Part shown: positions 29,654 through 38,874 of the stretch, piece after piece | Numbering within the stretch: the stretch's first letter is position 1 | Layout: every line of letters begins with the position of its first letter | Source: an uncultured Nitrososphaerales archaeon | GTDB lineage: Archaea > Thermoproteota > Nitrososphaeria > Nitrososphaerales > Nitrososphaeraceae | Assembly: GCA_963841565.1 (NCBI GenBank) | Contig: CAWJCY010000003.1 | Coordinates: forward strand, 64,001-128,000 | Direction: 5' to 3' | DNA: 64,000 nucleotides | Notes under the pieces: generated by a model | What the model was told of the DNA's origin: nothing | The model's input: only the letters and a program-made list of their open reading frames with translations | Databases searched by the model: none | Translations under genes and position numbers: made by a program

Positions 29654-30481
29654 TTACTCCACCATCGAAAAGACAAATGGGGTGTCAATGGATTGCTCAT
29701 TGGTCCACATCGTCGGCAATGTAAGACAGTCCAATATGCTCAATTTGTGTTCCGCAACGAAGCGGCCCCAACCATAAAGAGTACGATCCCTGGAATACCG
29801 TTTCATCGTATGACTGCCCATTAATGCAAAACCTAATTTTGAAGACGAAAATTCATGGTGAATCAGGTTACTTATCACTGCCTCGGCAAGAACTTCTCCC
29901 TGTTCTGGCAATCCCGAAATCAGGAACATAGGTTTTGATAAATTCATCCCTTCGAAATTAGCCTTGCAGGCATCACTATTAATTACCTCGAATTCTACCC
30001 CGGTCGAGCAAATTATTCTCCGTTGAAGTTCTACCAGATTAGCATCCAATTCAACGCTTATCCCGCGCAATCCAACCACTGCTCCACAATAGGGAATGCG
30101 TGCGTCTCCTGATCCTATGTCTATTATTTCGCTGAAACCCGATAACTTGGCCCTTAAGCAAATGATTAATGAAGAAATTAGCCAAGTTGGGTAAAATGGT
30201 TGATAACAGGCATCATATTTCTTGCTACTTAGCCAATATTCTATTACTTCACAAGAGAAGACCTTGCATCTGCAATTCTGGATGTCAATTTCTTTCTGAC
30301 CATGGAATATTGGATTATGGGAGGCAAATTCATTGAGCTTTGAAATAAATATGTCATCACTTTCCTCGACACTCAAGCAATCTAATGGCAAGATCTCATA
30401 GGGAGAACCACTAAAATCACGGCTCCCAATGTAGACTCTTTTAAGTCCCGTAACCAAGCTGGCCAGATCATCAGGGTGCAA
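29654..30481 (-). CDS. Putative SAM-dependent methyltransferase-like protein
   Basis: PFYPT, IDIGSGDARI, SVELD, INSDA; TTG start at 30481 chosen because the upstream microprotein occupies 30489-30662. Confidence 0.7.
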   Translation of the reverse strand: MHPDDLASLVTGLKRVYIGSRDFSGSPYEILPLDCLSVEESDDIFISKLNEFASHNPIFHGQKEIDIQNCRCKVFSCEVIEYWLSSKKYDACYQPFYPTWLISSLIICLRAKLSGFSEIIDIGSGDARIPYCGAVVGLRGISVELDANLVELQRRIICSTGVEFEVINSDACKANFEGMNLSKPMFLISGLPEQGEVLAEAVISNLIHHEFSSSKLGFALMGSHTMKRYSRDRTLYGWGRFVAEHKLSILDCLTLPTMWTNEQSIDTPFVFSMVE

Positions 30482-30488
30482 GAGGCAG

Positions 30489-30662
30489 TCAATACACCGA
30501 CTCAGCGCTAGGACGAAAGGATCTACGATATGACTTGTGCCCACAATTTATGCATCTATAAGCACTCTTCTTTTTGTATGTGACAATTGCATCTTCGTCA
30601 ACGATCAAAACATGTTCAGACTTAGCCATGCAGCGATCACAGAACCTCTTTTCTGTTTCCAT
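30489..30662 (-). CDS. 57-aa zinc-ribbon microprotein (not in ORF track)
   Basis: Own translation: METEKRFCDRCMAKSEHVLIVDEDAIVTYKKKSAYRCINCGHKSYRRSFRPSAESVY. Confidence 0.75.
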   Translation of the reverse strand: METEKRFCDRCMAKSEHVLIVDEDAIVTYKKKSAYRCINCGHKSYRRSFRPSAESVY

Positions 30663-30758
30663 AGTTAGACGGAATTATTATTGGATCTCAAAACAAAAAT
30701 ATGAATGTATATTTAACTGGACTTGTGAGACTGCACTCTGAATAACAGTGGAATAATA

Positions 30759-31685
30759 TCATTGAATCGCCTTACCTTTGAGGAGAAGAGGTATCTCAGC
30801 GGGAGTTTTTGCCACGGGAATGCCTAATCGACCAAAGCTCTCAAATTTGGATTCTGCTGAACCGTACTTTCCATACACTATTGCGCCTGCGTGACCCATC
30901 TTCTTTTCCTTCGGAGCAGATCTACCAGCGATATACGCTACCATGTGACCTGTGATACCCTTGGCTTCAAGATGGCTTACAAATTTTTCTTCAGCATCCC
31001 CACCAATTTCTCCCACAATCACAATTGGATCACTACTACCAGCAGTCCTTACCATTTCGATTGCTTCAATTAAATTGGTACCATTGATCGGATCGCCACC
31101 TATTCCAAGGCAGATTTTCTGCCCAAAGCCATTCCTTGACAAATTGAAGGCAACTTCATACATAAGGGTGCCACTTCTTGAGAAAACTATCGTTTTACCA
31201 GGGGTAAAAGGATCGGCGGGCATTATCCCTATCTTAATCGTTCCCGGAACGATGATCCCTGGCGTGTTTGGACCGATGATTCTTGCCCCTCTCTCCTTAG
31301 CATATTCAATTACTCTCATAGAATCTCTCATGGGTACATGTTCCGGTATCGCTACAATTAGCTTAATCCCATTTTCCAATGATTCCATTGCAGCGTCTAG
31401 GAAGTGAGGAGCAGGAACAAAAACAACGGATATTTTTGCATTAGTATTCGAGACTGCTTCACTTACGTTATTATATATAGGAACGCCTTCGAACATTTTA
31501 CCCCCTTTTCCAGGGGTTACACCAGCTACAATATTGGTACCGTACTCTCTCATTAACTTAGTATGAACAGATCCGAAACTGCCTGTTATGCCTTGCACTA
31601 TCACAGGTTGCCTCGTGTAATCTGAATCTCCAATATTCCCAACAAGAACCCTCATCAAGTCATAATCATAAGTCTGTTTGGTCAT
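30759..31685 (-). CDS. sucD: Succinyl-CoA ligase alpha subunit
   Basis: VQGITG, GVTPGKGG, GPNTPG, SRSGTL, GIGGD, MGHAGA. Confidence 0.97.
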   Translation of the reverse strand: MTKQTYDYDLMRVLVGNIGDSDYTRQPVIVQGITGSFGSVHTKLMREYGTNIVAGVTPGKGGKMFEGVPIYNNVSEAVSNTNAKISVVFVPAPHFLDAAMESLENGIKLIVAIPEHVPMRDSMRVIEYAKERGARIIGPNTPGIIVPGTIKIGIMPADPFTPGKTIVFSRSGTLMYEVAFNLSRNGFGQKICLGIGGDPINGTNLIEAIEMVRTAGSSDPIVIVGEIGGDAEEKFVSHLEAKGITGHMVAYIAGRSAPKEKKMGHAGAIVYGKYGSAESKFESFGRLGIPVAKTPAEIPLLLKGKAIQ

Positions 31686-32812
31686 AGTATTGCCTTTCCT
31701 TCCTGGGACTTTATTCCCTGCACAGCAGCTTGGATTGCATCCTCGATCCTATCAAATAAATGAGCCTTTGAGCCGTTAAGTATCTCCTTAGCCTTAAGTG
31801 ATTCCGCCCCTGAGATTCTGGCGAATAGGGGTACCACTATTAGGTTGTTTGAATAAGCCCTTAGGATTCCTTGGGCAACCAGATCGGTACGTACAATGCC
31901 ACCAAATAAATTAACAACAATTGTTTGAACTGTCTTGACTCTACTGATAACCGTAAGTGCTTGATAAATTGTTTCCGACGTTGCACTACCACCAAAATCT
32001 AGGAATGCGCCGGCATTTCCTCCCGCGTCAGATACCATATCAAGTGTCGACATCACCAGTCCTGCACCATTACCAATTATTGCGATATTTCCCTGAAGCT
32101 GCACAAATGAAAATCCATTTTTTTTAGCAAGAGATTCCAGCTCATTCGCTTCCTCATACTTGATCAACTCAGGGTGACGGAACAAAGCGTTATCATCAAT
32201 AATGACCTTAGAGTCCAAGGCCACAATCGAGCCGTCAATTAAAAGCGCGGTTGGATTTACTTCTACAAGTTCCGCTTCCTTCTCGAAAAGCAATCTATAA
32301 AGCTTCTGAACAAATTCAACAAATCTCTGACGATTTTCGCTACCTATATCTACCATTCCTGCAATTCTCGTGGCACTATCTTCAATATCATCTTTGGAAG
32401 TAATATCCAAAATAAATCGATTCTCCGCCGATTCTATCTCTATCCCTCCTGCCGCTGATACGATCAGAGAAAAACACCTGGCACTACGGTTGAGATATAG
32501 AGACACATACAATTCTTTGGAGATGTTTATGACTTCTTCAAGGAGAAGGCCTCTAGGTGACTCTCCTTCAATTTTCTTGTTTTGAAGGACAGTAAATTGA
32601 TTTTCAACTTCATTCATATTTTTGCATTTCTTGATGGCACCCGCCTTTCCTCGACCTCCTACCGGGACTTGTGATTTTAAAACTATTGGAAATGCAAGTT
32701 CATTGTTTAGAAGCGAGCGAGCTTCCTCGATCGAAAAAGCCATGCGAGATTTAGGGATCGGGATCCCAAATTCCTTAAATAGCTCTTTCCCTTGATACTC
32801 TAGTAGCCTCAT
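31682..32812 (-). CDS. sucC: Succinyl-CoA ligase beta subunit
   Basis: LLEYQGKELF, GGRGKAG, EVNP, DDNALFRH, NGAGL, FGGIVR. Confidence 0.97.
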   Translation of the reverse strand: MRLLEYQGKELFKEFGIPIPKSRMAFSIEEARSLLNNELAFPIVLKSQVPVGGRGKAGAIKKCKNMNEVENQFTVLQNKKIEGESPRGLLLEEVINISKELYVSLYLNRSARCFSLIVSAAGGIEIESAENRFILDITSKDDIEDSATRIAGMVDIGSENRQRFVEFVQKLYRLLFEKEAELVEVNPTALLIDGSIVALDSKVIIDDNALFRHPELIKYEEANELESLAKKNGFSFVQLQGNIAIIGNGAGLVMSTLDMVSDAGGNAGAFLDFGGSATSETIYQALTVISRVKTVQTIVVNLFGGIVRTDLVAQGILRAYSNNLIVVPLFARISGAESLKAKEILNGSKAHLFDRIEDAIQAAVQGIKSQEGKAIL

Positions 32813-32979
32813 CTCTTGGAGAAAAACTAATAAGCTTATTTATAATTCTATTCAATTTGTTATTAAACGCCCTAAATAATACAAAAGAAATACAGACTCA
32901 CCAGATTTCTATTATAACTATCCTGATTGGCACCCTACGGTTTTAAAATTTATATATGTAATCTATAAATATTGAAAAT

Positions 32980-33150
32980 ATGTACGAGAAAATGACTGCT
33001 GTTTGGCTAATCATATTGACAATCATTGTTTGTGGAGCGGTTCCGACTCTGATGATATTTCTTACAACCATACCTAGCTCACAAATGTCTCTATATGCTT
33101 ATTTGACTCCAAGTGGTGTGCCAGCGTCCAACCTACAAATAGTGTATTGA
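32980..33150 (+). CDS. Putative 56-aa single-TM microprotein (not in ORF track)
   Basis: MYEKMTAVWLIILTIIVCGAVPTLMIFLTTIP...; TTTATATA box about 25-30 nt upstream of ATG, consistent with a leaderless transcript. Confidence 0.45.
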   Translation: MYEKMTAVWLIILTIIVCGAVPTLMIFLTTIPSSQMSLYAYLTPSGVPASNLQIVY

Positions 33151-33253
33151 ATGGTTGATCGTTTCTTACTTTCGGAACAAAAATCGACCTGTCTTGTATT
33201 CCATAGTGGACTCTTCCAAATGTATTTAACGTCGAATGGAGTAGTTTAGTTAA

Positions 33254-34399
33254 ATGGGCAATTTCCTTCGGAGGAGGACGCCTAATAAGGATCAAAGTGA
33301 AGTCTCTGCTCGCTCTAGTGAAGAGGAGCAACTGGATATTAGAGAAATTCAAAAAACTGACCAATACAAGAAAGGAATTTCACATATGTCTGACGACAAA
33401 ATGGAAGATGCGATTAGAGATTTTGATTTGGCTTTACGTTTAGACCCCAGTTATGTTGACGCATGGATCAAAAAGGGTTATGCTCATTTTCATTTGGACG
33501 AGTTTACAACGGCCATTTCATGCTACGATAAAGCTCTTGAAATCGACATCAACAATGCAGAAGCTTGGAACCTAAAGGGATTAGCATTCTATAGGCTGAA
33601 AAATTATGAAAAAGCAATTCAAGCTTGTGAAAATGCAATAGATTACGATCCAAACGACGGTATGGCCTGGTATAATTTGGCTTGCTACTTGGTTCTTAGC
33701 AGAAACGTAGCAGACGGATTGGAGGCGCTCAAGCGTTCTATCGAAATTGATATCTCTTTCGCTAGGAAGGCCGTTCGTGATCGAGATTTTGAATACGCGA
33801 GGGCTGAGGAAGGATTTAGGCGCATTGTTGAAGTTGTAGTTCTTGAAGCTATTCGACAAGGTTACAATTATCCTGGTAAAATAGTTTGGATCACTTCGAT
33901 GGACAAGGAAGAAGTTGACTACGCTCTCACTAGATTAGCAATGAAGGGCTTGGTTGTGCGGAGGGAACAAAGATATGGATACTATCCATTTGGCAGGAGG
34001 GAAGAGTATTATGAATTGGCAAAGACTATCGCAGAAAGAGTAGGAAATACTAAGCGAACAGGGTTTCTACATAAAACTAAAACGATCTCAGCGCCTGTCC
34101 AGCAGCTACGAGATATAAGTGAAATACTGGGAGATGCCAAGATGGCAATAGAGAAAGGAGATTTGGACGCTACGACTAATAATTTTGAATTATTAATTAA
34201 TCCTAGCAAACACGGGGCAGCAATGATTGAACAATTTTTTGACGATCACCGTGATCTTAGGTTGTATCAGATAAGGTTGAAGGATAGGGGTCTTGAATAT
34301 CTTAATTCACACAAAGTGGACTTGTTAAACCTAGTGGAGAATCTAGATGCCAAGATTCGAGCTGGTCCAGTTTCGAGTTCGCAGCCCAAAGGTCAATAG
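33254..34399 (+). CDS. TPR-repeat protein with downstream winged-helix-like domain
   Basis: Four TPRs (AWIKKG, AWNLKG, AWYNLACY) then VLEAIRQG..YPGKIVWITSMDKEEVDYALTRLAMKGLV. Confidence 0.8.
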   Translation: MGNFLRRRTPNKDQSEVSARSSEEEQLDIREIQKTDQYKKGISHMSDDKMEDAIRDFDLALRLDPSYVDAWIKKGYAHFHLDEFTTAISCYDKALEIDINNAEAWNLKGLAFYRLKNYEKAIQACENAIDYDPNDGMAWYNLACYLVLSRNVADGLEALKRSIEIDISFARKAVRDRDFEYARAEEGFRRIVEVVVLEAIRQGYNYPGKIVWITSMDKEEVDYALTRLAMKGLVVRREQRYGYYPFGRREEYYELAKTIAERVGNTKRTGFLHKTKTISAPVQQLRDISEILGDAKMAIEKGDLDATTNNFELLINPSKHGAAMIEQFFDDHRDLRLYQIRLKDRGLEYLNSHKVDLLNLVENLDAKIRAGPVSSSQPKGQ

Positions 34400-34515
34400 A
34401 GATTCTGTGAGGCCTTGGCTTGATTTTGGTCTAATCATGCGAATATGTAATTTGTATTTTTTTATCCATGATGGAGTAAATAATATATTTACATGTACAA
34501 AGTACTTTCATTAGT

Positions 34516-35340
34516 ATGGCAAGGATATTTTCGGAAGTAAGCGAAAGCGAAATCACAAGAACAATAACTTCAATGTTTAATGATACACTGCAGGAATATT
34601 CTCAATCAGATGTAATCGTGATTGGTGGAGGTCCAGCTGGCCTGACGGCTGCCAGGGGGTTAGCTAATAACGGGATAAAAACATTGGTGATTGAACAAAA
34701 CAATTACCTTGGTGGCGGATACTGGGTTGGAGGTTACATGATGAATCCTGTTACGGTAAGAGCACCTGCTCAAATGGTTTGGGAAGAATTGGGAGTACGG
34801 TACAAGAAGATAAGCGATAGCTTATATGCAACTTGGGGTCCGGAGGCATGTTCTAAGCTCATTGCCGGAGCATGTGAGGCAGGAGTTCGGTTTTTGCAAC
34901 TTACAAAGTTTGATGATTTGGTTCTTAAGAACAAGCGGGTAGGTGGTGTTGTTGTAAATTGGATGCCGGTTTCAGCCCTCCCAAGGAATATTACGTGCGT
35001 GGACCCTATTGCGCTAGAAAGTAGGATCGTAGTTGATGCATCTGGACATGATTCAGTTGCAGTCAAGAGGTTAATGCAAAGAGGTCTAGTTGATTGGAAA
35101 GGGATGGACCCTATGTGGGTAGATGGGGGAGAAGATGCGGTAGTAGAAAACACCGCTGAAATATTTCCGGGACTAGTGGCGACGGGTATGTGTGTGACTG
35201 AGACATTTGGTTTGCCTAGAATGGGACCGACGTTCGGTTCTATGCTTCTATCTGGAAAGAAGGTCGCAGAAATCGTGACTGACAAACTAAAAGGGTTATC
35301 TGAATTTCCAAAGGTTAAAGTAAAAAACGCAAAAAAGTAA
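34516..35340 (+). CDS. thi4: Thiazole synthase Thi4
   Basis: GGGPAGLTAA, GGGYWVGG, TCVDP, DASGHD, PRMGPTFGSMLLSG. Confidence 0.96.
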   Translation: MARIFSEVSESEITRTITSMFNDTLQEYSQSDVIVIGGGPAGLTAARGLANNGIKTLVIEQNNYLGGGYWVGGYMMNPVTVRAPAQMVWEELGVRYKKISDSLYATWGPEACSKLIAGACEAGVRFLQLTKFDDLVLKNKRVGGVVVNWMPVSALPRNITCVDPIALESRIVVDASGHDSVAVKRLMQRGLVDWKGMDPMWVDGGEDAVVENTAEIFPGLVATGMCVTETFGLPRMGPTFGSMLLSGKKVAEIVTDKLKGLSEFPKVKVKNAKK

Positions 35341-35748
35341 ATTCAAACCTATATTCAGATAGAATAGAGTCGATCAATTCTACAAATAGTTTCGTGTACT
35401 AGCGAACAGATACCATCTCCATTTTTATTTCTGAGGAATATTGCTGTTAACCTTCATTTCTCTGTCCTGCTTGATTTTTTGTGGCAATACCAAGGTCGGG
35501 CAATCTAATCGCGTCAAAATTTTGGAAAGTTCGTTATTATTATCGGATGACCTTTATCGTGTATTAAATGCGGTCAATTGAAGAACTATGAGTCATGGCA
35601 GCACTTGCCATGTCAGTACGATTTAGGAGGACCTTTTGGCTTTACAACTTAGTTAGCATGCTATCCATTGTCGTCTGCTAACAACGAATATAGCAACACT
35701 TCCGAACGAATTATTAACAGGTGGGTACTCCTTAGATCCTAAAAATCC

Positions 35749-36726
35749 ATGTCCAATGATCCTCGCAGAAGCGAAAACAACTCATCTCACAGACCTGAAA
35801 CTTACGAAGTGATAATAATTGGATCCGGACCAGCAGGTTATACCGCTGGGGTATATACATCTAGAGCTAAATTGAACACGCTTCTAATCTCAGGATCTTT
35901 GCCCGGAGGGCAGCTGATGACGACAAGCGAGGTGGAAAATTATCCTGGATTTCCAAATGGAATTTTCGGCCCTGAATTGATGATGAATATGCGCCAACAG
36001 GCAGAAAGATTTGGGGCTAAACTTTTAGATGATGAAGTAGTGGAGGTCGATTTCAAAAAGAGGCCTTTCGGAATTAAGACCCACGGCCAGGAATTTCGTT
36101 CCGAGTCAGTTGTTATTTGTACTGGGGCATCACCGCGTAAGCTGGGCTTAAGAGCTGAGCAAGAGTTCGCGGGTAAAGGGATCTCATACTGTGCAACATG
36201 TGATGGACCCTTTTTCAAAGGAGAGGATATTGCAGTCGTAGGAGGGGGCGATACTGCAATTGAAGAAGCAACCTTCCTGACAAAATTTGGAAAATCAGTG
36301 AAAATAATACATAGAAAGGATTTCCTGCGAGCAAGCAAGATTCTTCAAGAAAAAGCCTTTGAGAACCCAAAGATTGATTTTGTCTGGGATCATGTGGTAT
36401 CCGATATTAGCGGCAATAAGAAGATCAATAGTATCTCTGTCAGAAATCTTAGAACTGGAGAAGAAAGGAAGATACCAGTAGGTGGCCTTTTTGTTGCGAT
36501 AGGTCATGAACCAAATACATCCATATTTAAGGGACAACTCGAGCTCGATGACAGAGGTTATATCGTTCTAACAAAGAATACTAAAACAAGCGTTGATGGG
36601 GTATTCGCAGCAGGTGACGTGCACGATTACAGATATCGACAGGCGATCACAGCTGGGGGATTTGGATGTATGGCGGCGTTAGACGTCGAAAAGTGGTTAG
36701 TGGAAATTCGAGGAGCAGGACTATAA
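35749..36726 (+). CDS. trxB: Thioredoxin-disulfide reductase
   Basis: GSGPAG, VENYPGF, CATCDG, GGGDTA, FAAGDV. Confidence 0.97.
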   Translation: MSNDPRRSENNSSHRPETYEVIIIGSGPAGYTAGVYTSRAKLNTLLISGSLPGGQLMTTSEVENYPGFPNGIFGPELMMNMRQQAERFGAKLLDDEVVEVDFKKRPFGIKTHGQEFRSESVVICTGASPRKLGLRAEQEFAGKGISYCATCDGPFFKGEDIAVVGGGDTAIEEATFLTKFGKSVKIIHRKDFLRASKILQEKAFENPKIDFVWDHVVSDISGNKKINSISVRNLRTGEERKIPVGGLFVAIGHEPNTSIFKGQLELDDRGYIVLTKNTKTSVDGVFAAGDVHDYRYRQAITAGGFGCMAALDVEKWLVEIRGAGL

Positions 36727-36760
36727 CATTTACTGGCTCTTCAAGGCATTTTCTTTGAGG

Positions 36761-37768
36761 CTAATCGGCATCAAAAGCGAGTGATGGGAGATGCTCTGAC
36801 TCGGCCATTATTTTGGCAATCTGTCCCTCGTCGAACAATTTCAATTGTTGATAAAGTGTCTTAAATTTCCTACCGTCGTCTGCAAATATGCCTACAATAG
36901 AGCCTGCGCTCTTCATTCCTTGTGAAATCTTTACCATTGCGGACATCACTGCACCAGTCGAGGGTCCGACAAATAGCTTTTCTTTTTCGGCCAATTCTTT
37001 TACCATCAAAAATGATTCATCGTTGGTGGCCGTGTACCATTCATCAGCTACATGTTTTCTTCGAAGGAAGAGATCTGGCATAGCGGATTCTTCAAAATTC
37101 CTCAAACCTTGCAACAAATGATTTCTTTGCGCTTGTACGGCTATGACACGGATATGTTGATTTTTTTCCTTCAAGAACGTCGCTGTGCCTGTGATTGTTC
37201 CCCCAGTCCCGCACCCCGTAACAAAATGGGTAACACTACCATCAGTTTGTTCCCATATTTCAGGTCCTGTCGCTTCATAATGAGACAAAAAATTAGCATC
37301 ATTTTCGTATTGATTAGGCATGTAGTATATATCAGGTCTTGGCTTCGAGATAGCCTTCGCAAGCGCTATACTCTGATCAGTACCTGCTCCTACCCTTGGA
37401 CAAAGATCATCTGTAGTTTCATGTAAACTAACTCCCAATTTTCTCAAAAGTGATTTGGTCTCCTGGCTCACCTTTTCAGGGATAACTATCTCAACCTTAT
37501 AACCTAGAGCAGTGGCGATCCCAGCCAGAGCGATTCCAGTATTACCTGAGCTAGGTTCGATAATGATACTAGAATCCTTTCTAAGCAATCCTTTCCTCTC
37601 ACCATCCTTGATCATCCAATATGCGGGTCTATCTTTTACTGACCCAAACGGGTTATACCATTCGAGTTTAGCATAAAATTTTACGTATTTGGTTGAAAAA
37701 GAAGAAAGTTCTACGAGTGGAGTATTCCCAATACGTTCAGCAGCTTTCGCTTGAGCTAATGTGGCCAT
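36761..37768 (-). CDS. cysM: PLP-dependent cysteine synthase family (O-phosphoserine/O-acetylserine sulfhydrylase)
   Basis: IGNTPL, NPFGSVKDR (PLP Lys), SSGNTG, NQYEN.AN, GCGTGGT, GPSTGA. Confidence 0.88.
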   Translation of the reverse strand: MATLAQAKAAERIGNTPLVELSSFSTKYVKFYAKLEWYNPFGSVKDRPAYWMIKDGERKGLLRKDSSIIIEPSSGNTGIALAGIATALGYKVEIVIPEKVSQETKSLLRKLGVSLHETTDDLCPRVGAGTDQSIALAKAISKPRPDIYYMPNQYENDANFLSHYEATGPEIWEQTDGSVTHFVTGCGTGGTITGTATFLKEKNQHIRVIAVQAQRNHLLQGLRNFEESAMPDLFLRRKHVADEWYTATNDESFLMVKELAEKEKLFVGPSTGAVMSAMVKISQGMKSAGSIVGIFADDGRKFKTLYQQLKLFDEGQIAKIMAESEHLPSLAFDAD

Positions 37769-37772
37769 ACCC

Positions 37773-38021
37773 CTATTTTCCCTTTTTTATCATAAATTCC
37801 AGATCCGGTTTAATCAGGTTTACTGAAAGCAACTCGTGACCATTCCTATTGACCCATCTTGAGATATCTTCTTCAGAGGCAGGATCGTCAGCGATTACTT
37901 TGATTATCTCCCCTTTGGCAAGTCGTTCCATTTCTATTTTGGTCCTAAATACAGGCTCAGGACAATACAGCCCCCTCACATCAATTGTTTTTGTCGGAGC
38001 AATGTCACTTTTGGCACTCAA
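37773..38021 (-). CDS. tusA: TusA/SirA-like sulfur carrier
   Basis: IDVRGLYCPEP, VIADDPAS..DI. Confidence 0.9.
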   Translation of the reverse strand: MSAKSDIAPTKTIDVRGLYCPEPVFRTKIEMERLAKGEIIKVIADDPASEEDISRWVNRNGHELLSVNLIKPDLEFMIKKGK

Positions 38022-38088
38022 CGAATAAATTATTTTGAGTTCTCAAGATATTAAATGTTTAGAAACATTCTGACAACGTAGAAGTCTT

Positions 38089-38857
38089 CTATCTAAAAAG
38101 GTCATAAACACTATCCCGCACTAGGGACCTCGCGGAACTGCTCTCCGTGGAAGAAAAATCATATCCTCTTACAATGGCAACAGGCACCCTCTCTGTTTTA
38201 CCCATTACGAGTTCTGCAGCTGATGCAAGTTCGTCAGCGACCGCAATTTCCGTAATCCTAAGCATGTTGCCGTACATATCGGATCGCCCTATGTCAGCTT
38301 TTTATCGAATCTATACCCGATACTCCAATTGCAACATTTGTCTGTCCTAATCTAAAAGGCCTTCCAAATGTATCTGACACTACGACGGCAATATTAACGC
38401 CAATCGACTCGGCAATTGCTTGTCTGATTCGTTTAGCAGATAGGTCTGGATCCATGGGTAAAAGCGATACAAAGCCTTCTCCAGGACTACATACGTTACT
38501 TTGATCTACTCCAGAGTTTGCACAAATAAACCCATGTCTTGTTTCGGTGATGATCAGGTTTTCCGAATACCTAACTAAATTCCTGGACTCCATGAGTATT
38601 AATTCTACAAACCGGGGGTCTTTCTTAGTCTTGCTGGCTAACTCCAATGCGTGATTGGACGGTTTTACCGTCGACAGATCTAGAATACGACCTTCAGATT
38701 TTGAAATAATTTTCTGAGTAACCACCAGTACGTCATGATTCTTCAAGGATACTCGGTTTGCCTTGAGCGAGCGCAGTAGTAATCTGCCAATATCATCACC
38801 TCTTGCTACGTCCTTTTCCACGGGTATCGGTATGATTTCCAAAGGTTGATTTGACAA
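38089..38857 (-). CDS. cofE: Coenzyme F420-0:L-glutamate ligase (one-base insertion near 38295)
   Basis: TQKIISKSEGR, ANSGVDQSN, SDTFGRPFR.G; AGC-TGAC-ATA reads KSYIGRSDMYG if one G is removed, joining ADELASAAELVMGK...PVAIVRG. Confidence 0.92.
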
Positions 38858-38874
38858 TTATGAGGATCTAAAAT

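Noticed and set aside
38289-38300. In-frame TGA in cofE as possible selenocysteine or readthrough
   Set aside because: The downstream part is in a different frame, and a one-base insertion (TGAC for TAC) explains it
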